Part shown: piece by piece, positions 10,952 through 20,553 of the stretch
How the letters are laid out: the number at the start of each line of letters is the position of its first letter
Numbering within the stretch: the stretch's first letter is position 1
DNA from: Chitinophagales bacterium
GTDB lineage: Bacteria; Bacteroidota; Bacteroidia; Chitinophagales; JADIYW01
DNA length: 64,000 nucleotides
Direction of reading: 5' to 3'
Assembly: GCA_046329775.1 (NCBI GenBank)
Contig: JAXLTX010000003.1
Span: forward strand, 405,391-469,390
Notes under the pieces: generated by a model
The model's input: the letters and a program-made list of their open reading frames with translations, nothing else
Told to the model about the DNA's origin: nothing
Databases searched by the model: none
Position numbers and translations under genes: made by a program

Positions 10952-12511
10952 TTAATCTATTATTTGGGTCTCCAATAATTTCTTCTGATTTTGCAGAAGA
11001 AATTATTGATTTAATACTCTTAAGATGGCTCAAATAATGATTATATTTTGTTTGATTATTGTTGTTATCCATTGAATAAGGGAATAAATGCAATGAAGTG
11101 CTAGCGTAAAAGTACATTGTATATGAGTTTCCAGCAAAAATGATAGTGTATAATGTCTATCATGAACCATTTTCTTTTTAATTATAGTTTTATTCTTCAT
11201 AATGCCAACTTATTTCTTAAATATTATTACAATCTTATATCAATTTTCTTTTAGATCGTAGATTCAATTCATTTTTCTTACTCTTTACTCATTTTCTTTG
11301 ATTTCTAAGTAAGAATAATATTTTGAATACTTGTAAAAATTAAAAGTCTAGATTTTTCACAGATCAGGTAGATGTGTTAAAAGATCTCACAGGAAATGCA
11401 ATATTATCTAAAACTAATATCTGTAAAATCAATCTTCTGATATACAGATATAAGATCAGTTCTCATTAGATAGTGTATCATTTAATCACTTTGACTCTCA
11501 TCAAGCATCCGAATTTAATCTATTGAATAAGTTAATGCTCACTCTTTTGGTAGCGATGGATAAAAAGATAAGAATATATCTTCTGTTTCTTTTTTAGCTG
11601 TGAGAATTCAACGTCTATCAATATTCACTGGTGTTTCGTAATAAACGAAAAACCTCATTACAATATTTAACTTGCTTTTGTGATTGACAGTTTACTGGTC
11701 TTTTCAAATATTGCATAAATTAATATCAAAGATCTATGTAATACAATACAAAGTTAGCTGCATAAATCTCTTGTTTATGGTTTTCCTCTTCTTTTATTTA
11801 ACCTTTTACATATGTAAATCCCAATTCAATTTCTCACATATTTATTAATGTTCAATTTGTTTTTTTTAAATATTTTTGCAAAATCTTATGTATTCCATAT
11901 TTTCTATTTAAAATATTAGTATATCGTGAAATGAGTTTTTAAAATCTTCTTTTATTCCAAAGTGCAAAAATTCGATAAGAAAATTATTCATTAGTTTCTT
12001 TTAAAAAACTATGAACTCTGTCAAAAATCTCACTTTTTATTACATCAAAAATCTATGAAAATAAATCTTAATTTCTAACATTTGAAGTGCTTCAAAATTC
12101 AAACTACGTATACTATTTCTTTTAATTTTATCAAAACTCATTTCATGATTTTTAAATAAACAATATTAATTTTAGAATCTTACTTATTTTTAAAAAACTT
12201 TTAATATTGATTCATCAATTTTCAAAGTAAAGGTCATTCTTATAAAATAATATTCGTTTTAATCAATTTAGGCTATTTTTTTATTTTATTCTTGAGTTAA
12301 CCAATTTATTCTTAGAATAGTAAACCCTTTTTACGTCTAATCATTTGATAATAAGCGCCCAAAATTCTTCAAATTTCAATTGTATTTAGAACTTATCAAC
12401 TCATTAATAATTGTTTTAAATATTCCACATTGTTCCGTCAGATTAATAAAGTTTTTTAAACTGATTTTCTAGATTGTTATGTCCATCTTCTTTAATTATT
12501 TCTAAATATAC
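10952..12511. other. About 1.56 kb strongly AT-rich tract with no ORF of 60 aa or more in any frame
   Basis: The six-frame track is empty from 10952 to 12516. The composition is visibly much more AT-rich than the flanks. No transposase, integrase or recognisable RNA gene is present. Confidence 0.8.
10974..11007. promoter_or_regulatory. Perfect 14-bp inverted repeat (hairpin or operator)
   Basis: The arms are aataatttcttctg (10974-10987) and cagaagaaattatt (10994-11007), separated by the loop attttg. Confidence 0.6.
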
Positions 12512-12517
12512 TATATT

Positions 12518-12536
12518 TGTGCACTACAACTGCACA
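12518..12536. promoter_or_regulatory. Palindromic operator-like site TGTGCA-N7-TGCACA overlapping the WYL-gene promoter
   Basis: The site reads tgtgca ctacaac tgcaca followed by gaaaataaattt. It overlaps a TAtaTTTG -7-like box (12512-12519) and lies 14 nt before the ATG at 12550. Confidence 0.6.
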
Positions 12537-12549
12537 GAAAATAAATTTT

Positions 12550-13557
12550 ATGGCAATTAATAAAAATGCGTGGATAAGATACAAAACATTAGACAAATGT
12601 TTTAGTAGTAGATATAAAAAATATTATATAGATGATTTAATTGCGGAATGTGATAAGGTATTGGCTGAAATTGACCCAAATCATAATGGCATCAGCTTGC
12701 GACAGATACGCGATGATATTGCCTTTATGCGTAGTTCAGAAGGTTGGAATATAGAACTGGACGATGTGCGTGACGGAAAAAAATTGATTTATCGTTACAA
12801 AGATTCAGGATTTTCCATTAACAAGCAACCAATGAACAGCATGGAAGCAGAACAAATGCGTTCTGCACTATTATTACTGCAACGTTTTAGCGGCATGCCT
12901 CAGTTCGACTGGATACAGGAAATTATACCTCAGCTCGAAAAATCATTTGGTCTCAACGAAAAAGCCGAAGGCATTATTGCCTTTGATGATAATCCGGATT
13001 TAAAAGGAAGGCATTTTCTAGGTGAACTTTACCAACATATCTTGGATAAAAGTGTATTAAATATCAACTATCAGCCTTTTAATTCAGAAAATTACTCTTT
13101 GCTTACCATACATCCTTATTATCTGAAACAATACAACAAACGTTGGTATTTATTTGGTTGGAATGACGAAGCAAATAAACTTTTTAACTTACCATTGGAC
13201 AGATTTGTGAGCATTGAATCCATAAAGAAAAAATACCGAAAGAATAAAGAGATTAATTTCAACGAATACTTTGATGATATTATTGGCGTCACCAAACCAG
13301 ATGGTGTAAAACCTGTAAATATAGTTTTGCGGTTTGTTCCTTCTTTTGCAGCTTATATTCGTACAAAACCAATTTCACCTTATCAGAAACATAAAGATTT
13401 AGCAGATGGTTCTTTGGAAGTACGCTTAGAACTTATTCCAAATAAAGAATTATTTTCATTATTGCTCAGCTATGGTGCTCAGGTAACAATCCTCGAACCG
13501 GCATCGCTTGCAAGGCAAATAAAACAGGAATTCAATCGTGCTGCAGATCAATATTAA
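12550..13557 (+). CDS. WYL-domain transcriptional regulator (wHTH-WYL-WCX architecture; BrxR/CapW/PafBC-like)
   Basis: The ORF spans 12517-13557. I prefer the ATG at 12550 (MAINKNAW...). The WYL signature is YYLKQYNKRWYLFGW, and the overall length and layout match WYL regulators. Confidence 0.8.
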   Translation: MAINKNAWIRYKTLDKCFSSRYKKYYIDDLIAECDKVLAEIDPNHNGISLRQIRDDIAFMRSSEGWNIELDDVRDGKKLIYRYKDSGFSINKQPMNSMEAEQMRSALLLLQRFSGMPQFDWIQEIIPQLEKSFGLNEKAEGIIAFDDNPDLKGRHFLGELYQHILDKSVLNINYQPFNSENYSLLTIHPYYLKQYNKRWYLFGWNDEANKLFNLPLDRFVSIESIKKKYRKNKEINFNEYFDDIIGVTKPDGVKPVNIVLRFVPSFAAYIRTKPISPYQKHKDLADGSLEVRLELIPNKELFSLLLSYGAQVTILEPASLARQIKQEFNRAADQY

Positions 13558-13675
13558 TTAAGAGATTTGTATTTCACCTTATCGGCAGACTCTCCTACAG
13601 GGGACTCTGCGCTCAGAATCAGATAAACTTACAACGCAGCGTCCTCTTCGAGAGACTTGCTGGCAAATGAAGGAA

Positions 13676-15481
13676 TCAAACATTTCGTTCGTGCAGACTA
13701 ACATTAGTGGCACATAATACCAATTCTCCTTCTTCTCCGCTTTTAATTTCAGCTGCATTGCCTTCGTCCGTGTCTATGTGCATCTCCAGCTTAAATTTAT
13801 CCGATACACGAATAAGTACATTCTTAAATGTCAGCGGTCTGTCTTCATCATCCACATCCACACTGACCACATCCTTATCTTTCACCCCAAACAACTCCGC
13901 ATCTGCAGGGTGCATGTGTATATGCCTCCACGCCACAATCACCCCTTCTTTTAAGGTGACGCTGCCTTTGGGTCCCTGCAACGTGATACCCGGCGTTCCG
14001 CTCACATTCCCGCTTTCCCGAACCGGTGCATCCACCCCTAAGAAGAATTCATCTGTCTTGGAAATCTCCACCTGATCTTTCGGTCGCAGCGGCCCCAGTA
14101 TACGCACGTTCTCTATCTTATTCTTCTTACCCACAATCGTTACGGTTTCATTCGCAGCGTACTGTCCGGGTTGCGACAAAGGTTTATATTCCGTCAGTTC
14201 GTAATCTTTTCCGAATAAGACATCCACCGTCTCCCGGGTCAGATGCACATGACGCGCAGAAATGGCAATCGGAATTTTCGGCACGCAATTCACCTTATTC
14301 TTCTCTTCAATGATCTTTTGCGTTTCCAGTGCAATGGCCAGCTGTTCATCCGTTCGTATGGCCAGAATCTTTACACGGGAATTTTCATCCGAAATATTAT
14401 ACACTTCATTTTCTTCACTCAGCTTTACCGATTTGTTTTTATCATCGTCGAGCATGATTCCCATAAACTCTAAGCCCTGACAAACCCTGTTTCTGATTTC
14501 AGGACTGTTTTCGCCAATCCCTGCGGTAAACAATAATACATCCACACCGCTCATCACGGCGGCATAAGCACCGATGTATTTTGTAAGCCGGTGTGTAAAT
14601 ACCTGTATTGCCAGGCGAGCGTCTTCATTGCCGTTTTCTGCATGCTGTAAGATGTCGCGCATATCATTTCCCAATCCGCTCAAGCCGGCAAGTCCCGATT
14701 TCTTATTCAGGAAATTCTCCACCTGTTCGCATGTCCAGTTTTCTTTTTGCTGCAAAAAGGTCACGATGCCCGGATCGGTATCTCCGGCACGTGTTCCCAT
14801 CACCAGGCCTTCCATGGTCGTCATGCCAAAAGACACCTCCACACTTCTGCCAAATTCAATGGCACAGATACTCGCACCATTACCCAGATGACAGGAAAGG
14901 ATACGCAGATTCCGGATGTCCTGTTTGAGATAATCCGCAGCTTTTTGTGCAACGTACTGATGGCTGGTGCCATGAAATCCGTAGCGTTTGATGTTGTATT
15001 TTTCTGCAATCTCTTTGTCTATCGCATAATGCTTTGCACGGTTGGGCAGGGTTTGATGGAAGGCGGTATCGAAGACGGCTACGTTCGGCAAGCCCGGAAA
15101 AACTTGCTGTGCCGCCTTTATGCCGGCAAGATTGGCAGGGTTGTGCAGCGGTGCCAGATCAATCAGCTCTTCGATGGTTTTGGCAACCTGTTCATCTATA
15201 AGTACAGGTTGGTAATATTGATCTCCTCCATGAACCACGCGATGCCCTATTCCGCTGATGGTCATGTCTGCCAGTTCATTCTTCAGCGTCTGCAGACAAA
15301 ACAGAAGAATGGATGGAAATGATATTTCGCCACTGTAGGTGCGTGTTTCACCGTTAAATTTTATATCCCCTACCTCGGGTAAACGTTCAGCATTCAGTGT
15401 TGAAGCGGATTGTTGTGTTACCGTATCTATGACATCTAATTTCAGGGATGAGCTGCCGCAGTTGACGCTAAGGATATACAT
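13676..15481 (-). CDS. ackA: Acetate/propionate kinase fused to a PduL-type phosphate acyltransferase
   Basis: This is a 601-aa ORF. The N-terminal ~400 aa are AckA-like (ILSVNCGSSSLK, GFHGTSH, HLGNGASI). The C-terminal ~200 aa are PduL-like (ISARHVHL...RHIHMHPADA...MHIDTDEGNAA). Confidence 0.85.
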   Translation of the reverse strand: MYILSVNCGSSSLKLDVIDTVTQQSASTLNAERLPEVGDIKFNGETRTYSGEISFPSILLFCLQTLKNELADMTISGIGHRVVHGGDQYYQPVLIDEQVAKTIEELIDLAPLHNPANLAGIKAAQQVFPGLPNVAVFDTAFHQTLPNRAKHYAIDKEIAEKYNIKRYGFHGTSHQYVAQKAADYLKQDIRNLRILSCHLGNGASICAIEFGRSVEVSFGMTTMEGLVMGTRAGDTDPGIVTFLQQKENWTCEQVENFLNKKSGLAGLSGLGNDMRDILQHAENGNEDARLAIQVFTHRLTKYIGAYAAVMSGVDVLLFTAGIGENSPEIRNRVCQGLEFMGIMLDDDKNKSVKLSEENEVYNISDENSRVKILAIRTDEQLAIALETQKIIEEKNKVNCVPKIPIAISARHVHLTRETVDVLFGKDYELTEYKPLSQPGQYAANETVTIVGKKNKIENVRILGPLRPKDQVEISKTDEFFLGVDAPVRESGNVSGTPGITLQGPKGSVTLKEGVIVAWRHIHMHPADAELFGVKDKDVVSVDVDDEDRPLTFKNVLIRVSDKFKLEMHIDTDEGNAAEIKSGEEGELVLCATNVSLHERNV

Positions 15482-15612
15482 GATTTAAATTTTGGCTAAG
15501 ATAATAAAATTGGTCGGCACGGATTATCCATAGACAACTTTAACCAAAACTAAACAATCGTATAGTCGCTTTCCTATCATTTATACTTATCTTAATAGTC
15601 TAATTATAAGCT

Positions 15613-17694
15613 ATGCAAAAACCACTCTTACTCTTCCTGCTCACCTGCTGTCTTTCTTCTGCATTCTCTATTGAAATCAACACGAAGAATATAAAAATCA
15701 TCCGTGACAAATGGGGCGTGCCTCATATTTACGGAAAGACAGATGAAGAAGTGGCCTATGGTCTGGCCTGGGCCACCTGCGAAGATGATATCAAATCCAT
15801 GCGGGAAAACCTACTGACGGCACGTGGCAGACTGGGTGAATTGAAAGGTAAAGACGGGGCCATCATGGATTTTCTGTGTGCCTTCATCGGTGCGCGTGAG
15901 AGTGTGGATAGATTGTATGACAAGAGTTTCTCTCCCAAATTCAAGAGCATCCTCAGTGCTTATGTGCTGGCTTGCAATAATTATATCAAATTACATCCGG
16001 AAGAAGACATGATGAAGGATTTGCTTCCGATTACGGAAAAAGATATGATTGTAGGCTATACGGTGGGACTGGCCCTGATGACGAATGTTCCGTTTTCCAT
16101 CATGAAAATTTCTAACGGCACCATTGGCACTTCCACCTTAAATGCACCCAAAGGAAGTAACGGATTTGCCCTGAACGGCAACAAGACGGCGGATGGCAAC
16201 ACCTACCTCGGTATCAACTCCCATCAGCCGCTGGAGGGCCCTTATTCCTGGTATGAGGCGCACCTGCATTCGGATGAAGGCTGGAATATTCTGGGGGGAA
16301 CGTTTCCGGGTGGAGTCACCATCTTTCACGGCGCCAATGAACATCTGGGATGGGCACATACGGTGAGCTTTGCAGACCACGATGATGTATATCAGCTGAA
16401 AATGCATCCGTCGGAAAAACTGAAGTATGAATACGATGGCAAATGGCTGGAATTGAAGGAGAAAAAAGTGAGGATGCGGGTGAAAATCTGGTGGATCATT
16501 AAAATTCCTGTCACTAAAAAATTTTATGAAAGTGTGTATGGCCCGGTGATGGAGAAAGACGGCAACTATTTTGCGCTGCGTTTCCCTTCAGCCTTTGATA
16601 TTCGAGGTGCGGAACAATGGTACCACATGAACAAAGCCAGGAACTTTGATGAATTTCAAACGGCAGTGAAAGAGATGGCATTACCGGGTATGAATATCAT
16701 TTATGCGGACAAGGACAATAACATCATGTACCTCGATAATGGACATTTTCCGAGAAGAGCCAAAGGGTATGACTGGTGGCATGTGCTGCCTGGAAACACC
16801 TCAGCCACCAACTGGAAAGCCAATGACTATTACCCTTATGACACGCTATTGAAGGTGATTAATCCAAAGTGCGGCTATGTGTTCAACAACAACAATACGC
16901 CATTTAATTGCACCTCAAAAGAAGACAACCCCGACAAAAATTCACATCCGCTGAAAGATTATTATTTCGCGTATGATGACAACCGTTCTTTACGCACCAG
17001 CTATCTGTTTGCCAACAGTGGCAAACTGACTTACGAGGATTTCAAGAAGATAAAATACGATCAGTCGTTCATGAATCCGGCCTTTAATTATGCCATGATA
17101 AACATTGAAGATGTACTGCATCTGGATACAAAGAAATATCCCCAGATTAAAGAAAGCATTGACATGCTGAATAGATGGAACAGAAGTGCCGATGTAAACA
17201 ACAAACAAGCCGCTATGGTAGCGTTGATTACCCGTTCTGTAATCGACAGGCTGGTCAAAGAAGGACATTTCCCGGCAGTGCGCACCAAAATCAAGGAGTG
17301 GCTCTTAGTGCAATGCGTGGAAGATGCACAGGCGCACCTGAAAGAACATTTCGGAACGATTGAAGTTCCACTGGGTGATTTGCAAAAACTGGTAAGGGGC
17401 AAAAAGGAATTACCGATAGGCGGCATACCGGATGTGATTGCCACCATGTGGATTTCCAAACATAAAAACGGTACGTTTAAGGCGGAAGTGGGAGAAACCT
17501 ACATCGAATTGGTGCAGTTTACTCCAAACTGCCCTGTTATTGAAAGCATCTCACCATATGGTACCAGTAATGTGGAAGGCAATAAGCATTACGATGACCA
17601 GATGGATTTATTTGTGCAGCAGAAATGCAAAAAGATGAGCATGAATTACGATGAAATCATCAGAGATAAAGAAAGCGAGTATAGTCCGAAGTAA
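15613..17694 (+). CDS. Penicillin/AHL acylase family Ntn-hydrolase
   Basis: This is a 693-aa ORF with a signal peptide. The putative autoprocessing nucleophile context is PKGSNGFAL. Overall it resembles the penicillin amidase (S45) family. Confidence 0.8.
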   Translation: MQKPLLLFLLTCCLSSAFSIEINTKNIKIIRDKWGVPHIYGKTDEEVAYGLAWATCEDDIKSMRENLLTARGRLGELKGKDGAIMDFLCAFIGARESVDRLYDKSFSPKFKSILSAYVLACNNYIKLHPEEDMMKDLLPITEKDMIVGYTVGLALMTNVPFSIMKISNGTIGTSTLNAPKGSNGFALNGNKTADGNTYLGINSHQPLEGPYSWYEAHLHSDEGWNILGGTFPGGVTIFHGANEHLGWAHTVSFADHDDVYQLKMHPSEKLKYEYDGKWLELKEKKVRMRVKIWWIIKIPVTKKFYESVYGPVMEKDGNYFALRFPSAFDIRGAEQWYHMNKARNFDEFQTAVKEMALPGMNIIYADKDNNIMYLDNGHFPRRAKGYDWWHVLPGNTSATNWKANDYYPYDTLLKVINPKCGYVFNNNNTPFNCTSKEDNPDKNSHPLKDYYFAYDDNRSLRTSYLFANSGKLTYEDFKKIKYDQSFMNPAFNYAMINIEDVLHLDTKKYPQIKESIDMLNRWNRSADVNNKQAAMVALITRSVIDRLVKEGHFPAVRTKIKEWLLVQCVEDAQAHLKEHFGTIEVPLGDLQKLVRGKKELPIGGIPDVIATMWISKHKNGTFKAEVGETYIELVQFTPNCPVIESISPYGTSNVEGNKHYDDQMDLFVQQKCKKMSMNYDEIIRDKESEYSPK

Positions 17695-17763
17695 TTAACA
17701 GATGTGCTTTATAGTTTTAGTATAAAATCCAAAGAGATTCTTCACTTCGTTCAGAATGACAAA

Positions 17764-18582
17764 ATGGAAAAAATAAAAATACAACTCGGTCGTGTGCAGG
17801 AAACGTTATTGCTGCCGTTGGTTTCAAGGGCAAAGGAAACGGAATACAAAAATCCGTTGCTGAATGACACAAAAGCCGTAGACTTATTTAATCAGCTGGA
17901 TGTTGACCGAAAAAAGCTGCTGCGCAATATCACAGAAATTGGTGTGCATGGTTTATGTTATCGTGCTTATAGAATGGATGAAGCGATTAAAGAATTTTTG
18001 CGAAAACATCCAAACGGAAAAATCCTGGATATCGGAGCCGGGCTGGATACCACCTATTACAGATGCGATAACGGTACAGCCTTATGGTATGACTTAGACT
18101 TGCCGGATTCCATTGCCTTGCGTACACAATTGCTGCCGCCGCCAAACAACCGTGTAAAATATATTGCAAAGTCGATGCTGGATTATTCCTGGATAGACGA
18201 AATCGGCGACATCAGTCAGGGTTTGTTTATTACGGTTCCTGGCGTATTGCCTTACTTTAGGGAGGAAGATGTAAGGGATTTTTTAAGCACCCTCGCACAG
18301 AGATTTAGAGGTGCCGAAATCATGTTTGATGTCATTTCACAGTTCGGTAAATTCTTTGTGGATATGCGTATCAAGAGTGCCGGCATGAAAGAGGCGCATC
18401 TGGAGTGGGGCATTCTGGACCCGAAAACGGTAACGGACTGGAGCAAACACATCGAACTTGTACGTACCATAAAGTTCTTCGAAGATATGCCGAAATCCAA
18501 CCAACGTCCTTTTACAAAGATTGCCATGCAGTTCAACAAGATGTTCGACATGACACAATTGTTTCACCTTCGTTTTGTATAG
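17764..18582 (+). CDS. Class I SAM-dependent methyltransferase (LCM / TcmP-like O-methyltransferase family)
   Basis: The ORF spans 17704-18582, with a likely start at the ATG at 17764 (MEKIKIQLGR). Motif I is ILDIGAGLDT. Confidence 0.75.
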   Translation: MEKIKIQLGRVQETLLLPLVSRAKETEYKNPLLNDTKAVDLFNQLDVDRKKLLRNITEIGVHGLCYRAYRMDEAIKEFLRKHPNGKILDIGAGLDTTYYRCDNGTALWYDLDLPDSIALRTQLLPPPNNRVKYIAKSMLDYSWIDEIGDISQGLFITVPGVLPYFREEDVRDFLSTLAQRFRGAEIMFDVISQFGKFFVDMRIKSAGMKEAHLEWGILDPKTVTDWSKHIELVRTIKFFEDMPKSNQRPFTKIAMQFNKMFDMTQLFHLRFV

Positions 18583-18647
18583 TATTTCTTTATAAAAAAG
18601 AGCCCTACAGAACATCTGCATGGCTCTTGAAACTGATCTGATGCATC

Positions 18648-19256
18648 TTATTTATTCTTCTTAGCTGCTTTAGCTTCCCGTCTCGGGAGGACTTTTTCGG
18701 AACGTCTCTTGTCCCAGTTCTGAGTAAAGTTCACCCTGAATCCCACATTGAAATACAAGGTGGAAGCATTATACTTTACCGCAGGTTCCTCCATCGGCTT
18801 ATTGATATCAATTTCTTTAAGTGTCAATCCTGTTGAATAACGCAAGGTATTGGATTCCTCCGTCAGTTCTTTCTTATACACAAAATGTTTCAGATACTCC
18901 GGCGCATCCGCTGCACTTGCCACATTCAATGGCAGAGGAGTCAGTGCGGAAATAATAGGCAGAAACGGGGATTCCGTCTTCAGAGAGAATTCTGTAAAAT
19001 TTGTTTCTTTAGGTGCGATGGTAAACGCCTGCACACGCATTTCCGCAAACGCCCATACATTTTTAAACAATCTTACATCAAATGCAATAGAGGCACTGAC
19101 GCCAATCGTAGGATTTAATTTTGATTTTGCCGTAGCCGTATATTCAGAAGAGAAATCCGTCAGTATGGTAAGAGGTATAACAGGAAGGCCGGCCAGTGTT
19201 TCCACCAGTCTTCCGGAATGGTCTATGATTTTTGCTTTTGTAACAGGTGTTCCGCC
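18648..19256 (-). pseudogene. 5'-truncated copy (C-terminal ~200 codons) of the outer-membrane beta-barrel gene at 21558-22487
   Basis: The ORF 18648-19205 shares the sequence ETLAGLPVIPLTILTDFSSEYTATAKSKLNPTIGVSASIAFDVRLFKNVWAFAEMRVQAFTIAPKETNFTEFSLKTESPFLPIISALTPLPLNVASA with the 309-aa ORF. It is cut off at the duplication junction. Confidence 0.8.
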
Positions 19257-19257
19257 T

Positions 19258-20479
19258 AGTATGAATACGATGGCAAATGGCTGAATTGAAGGAGAAAAAA
19301 GTGAGGATGCGGGTGAAAATCTGGTGGATCATTAAAATTCCTGTCACTAAAAATTTTATGAAAGTGTGTATGGCCCGGTGATGGAGAAAGACGGCAACTA
19401 TTTTGCGCTGCGTTTCTTCAGCCTTTGATATTCGAGGTGCGGAACAATGGTACCACATGAACGCCAGGAACTTTGATGAATTTCAAACGGCAGTGAAAGA
19501 GATGGCATTACCGGGTATGAATATCATTTATGCGGACAAGACAATAACATCATGTACTCGATAATGACATTTTCCGAGAAGAGCCAAAGGGTATGACTGG
19601 TGGCGTGTGCTGAAACACCTCAGCCACCAACGGAAAGCCAATGACTATTACCCTTATGACACGCTATTGAAGGTGATTAATCCAAAGTGCGGCTATGTGT
19701 TCAACAACAACAATACGCCATTTAATTGCACCTCAAAAGACAACCCGACAAAAATTCACATCCGCTGAAAGATTATTATTTCTTGATGACAACCGTTCTT
19801 TACGCACCAGTATCTGTTGCCAACAGTGGCAAACTGACTTACGAGGATTTCAAGAAGATAAAATACGATCAGTCGTTCATGAACCGGCCTTTAATTATGC
19901 CATGATAAACATTGAAGATGTACTGCATCTGATACAAAGAAATATCCCCAGATTAAAGAAAGCATTGACATGCTGAATAGATGGAACAGAAGTGCCGATG
20001 TAAACAAACACGCTATGGTAGCGTTGATTACCCGTTCTGTAATCGACAGGCTGGTCAAAGAAGGACATTTCCCGCGTGCAAAATCAAGGAGTGGCTCTTA
20101 GTGCAATGCGTGGAAGATGCACAGGCGCACCTGAAAGAACATTTCGAACGATTGAAGTTCCACTGGGTGATTTGCAAAAACGTAAGGGGCAAAAGGAATT
20201 ACCGATAGGCGGCATACGGATGATTGCCACCATGTGGATTTCAAACATAAAAACGGTACGTTTAAGGCGGAAGTGGGAGAAACCTACATCGAATTGGTGC
20301 AGTTTACTCCAAACTGCCCTGTTATTGAAAGCATCTCACCATATGGTACCAGTAATGTGGAAGGCAATAAGCATTACGATGACCAGATGGATTTATTTGT
20401 GCAGCAGAAATGCAAAAAGATGAGCATGAATTACGATGAAATCATCAGAGATAAAGAAAGCGAGTATAGTCCGAAGTAA
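19258..20479 (+). pseudogene. Frameshifted 3' fragment of the acylase gene (copy B)
   Basis: It is homologous to 16424-17694. The reading frame is broken into the pieces 19695-19976, 19981-20208, 20076-20423 and 20234-20479. Confidence 0.85.
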
Positions 20480-20553
20480 TCAACAAATGTACTTCATAGT
20501 TTTAGTATAAAATCCAAAAATATGCTTCACTTCTTCCGAATAATCGAAACACA

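Noticed and set aside
11035-11085. A 16-codon hydrophobic ORF (MAQIMIIFCLIIVVIH) in the AT-rich tract that could be a type I toxin-like peptide.
   Set aside because: It is too short to support from sequence alone, and no obvious RBS/promoter or antisense RNA signal is present. Random short ORFs are expected in AT-rich DNA. It is mentioned only as something to check with Ribo-seq.
9040-13557. The idea that the helicase/WYL islet is an integrative mobile element.
   Set aside because: No integrase, transposase, relaxase or tRNA attachment site is visible. Only the ~30-nt direct repeat flanking the AT-rich tract hints at an insertion, and that is reported as a finding rather than as a mobile-element feature.
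13558-13675. A relatively GC-rich spacer between the convergent WYL and ackA-pduL genes, examined for a tRNA, small RNA or terminator.
   Set aside because: Only weak 5-bp pairings could be drawn. No cloverleaf and no stable hairpin with a T-run were found.
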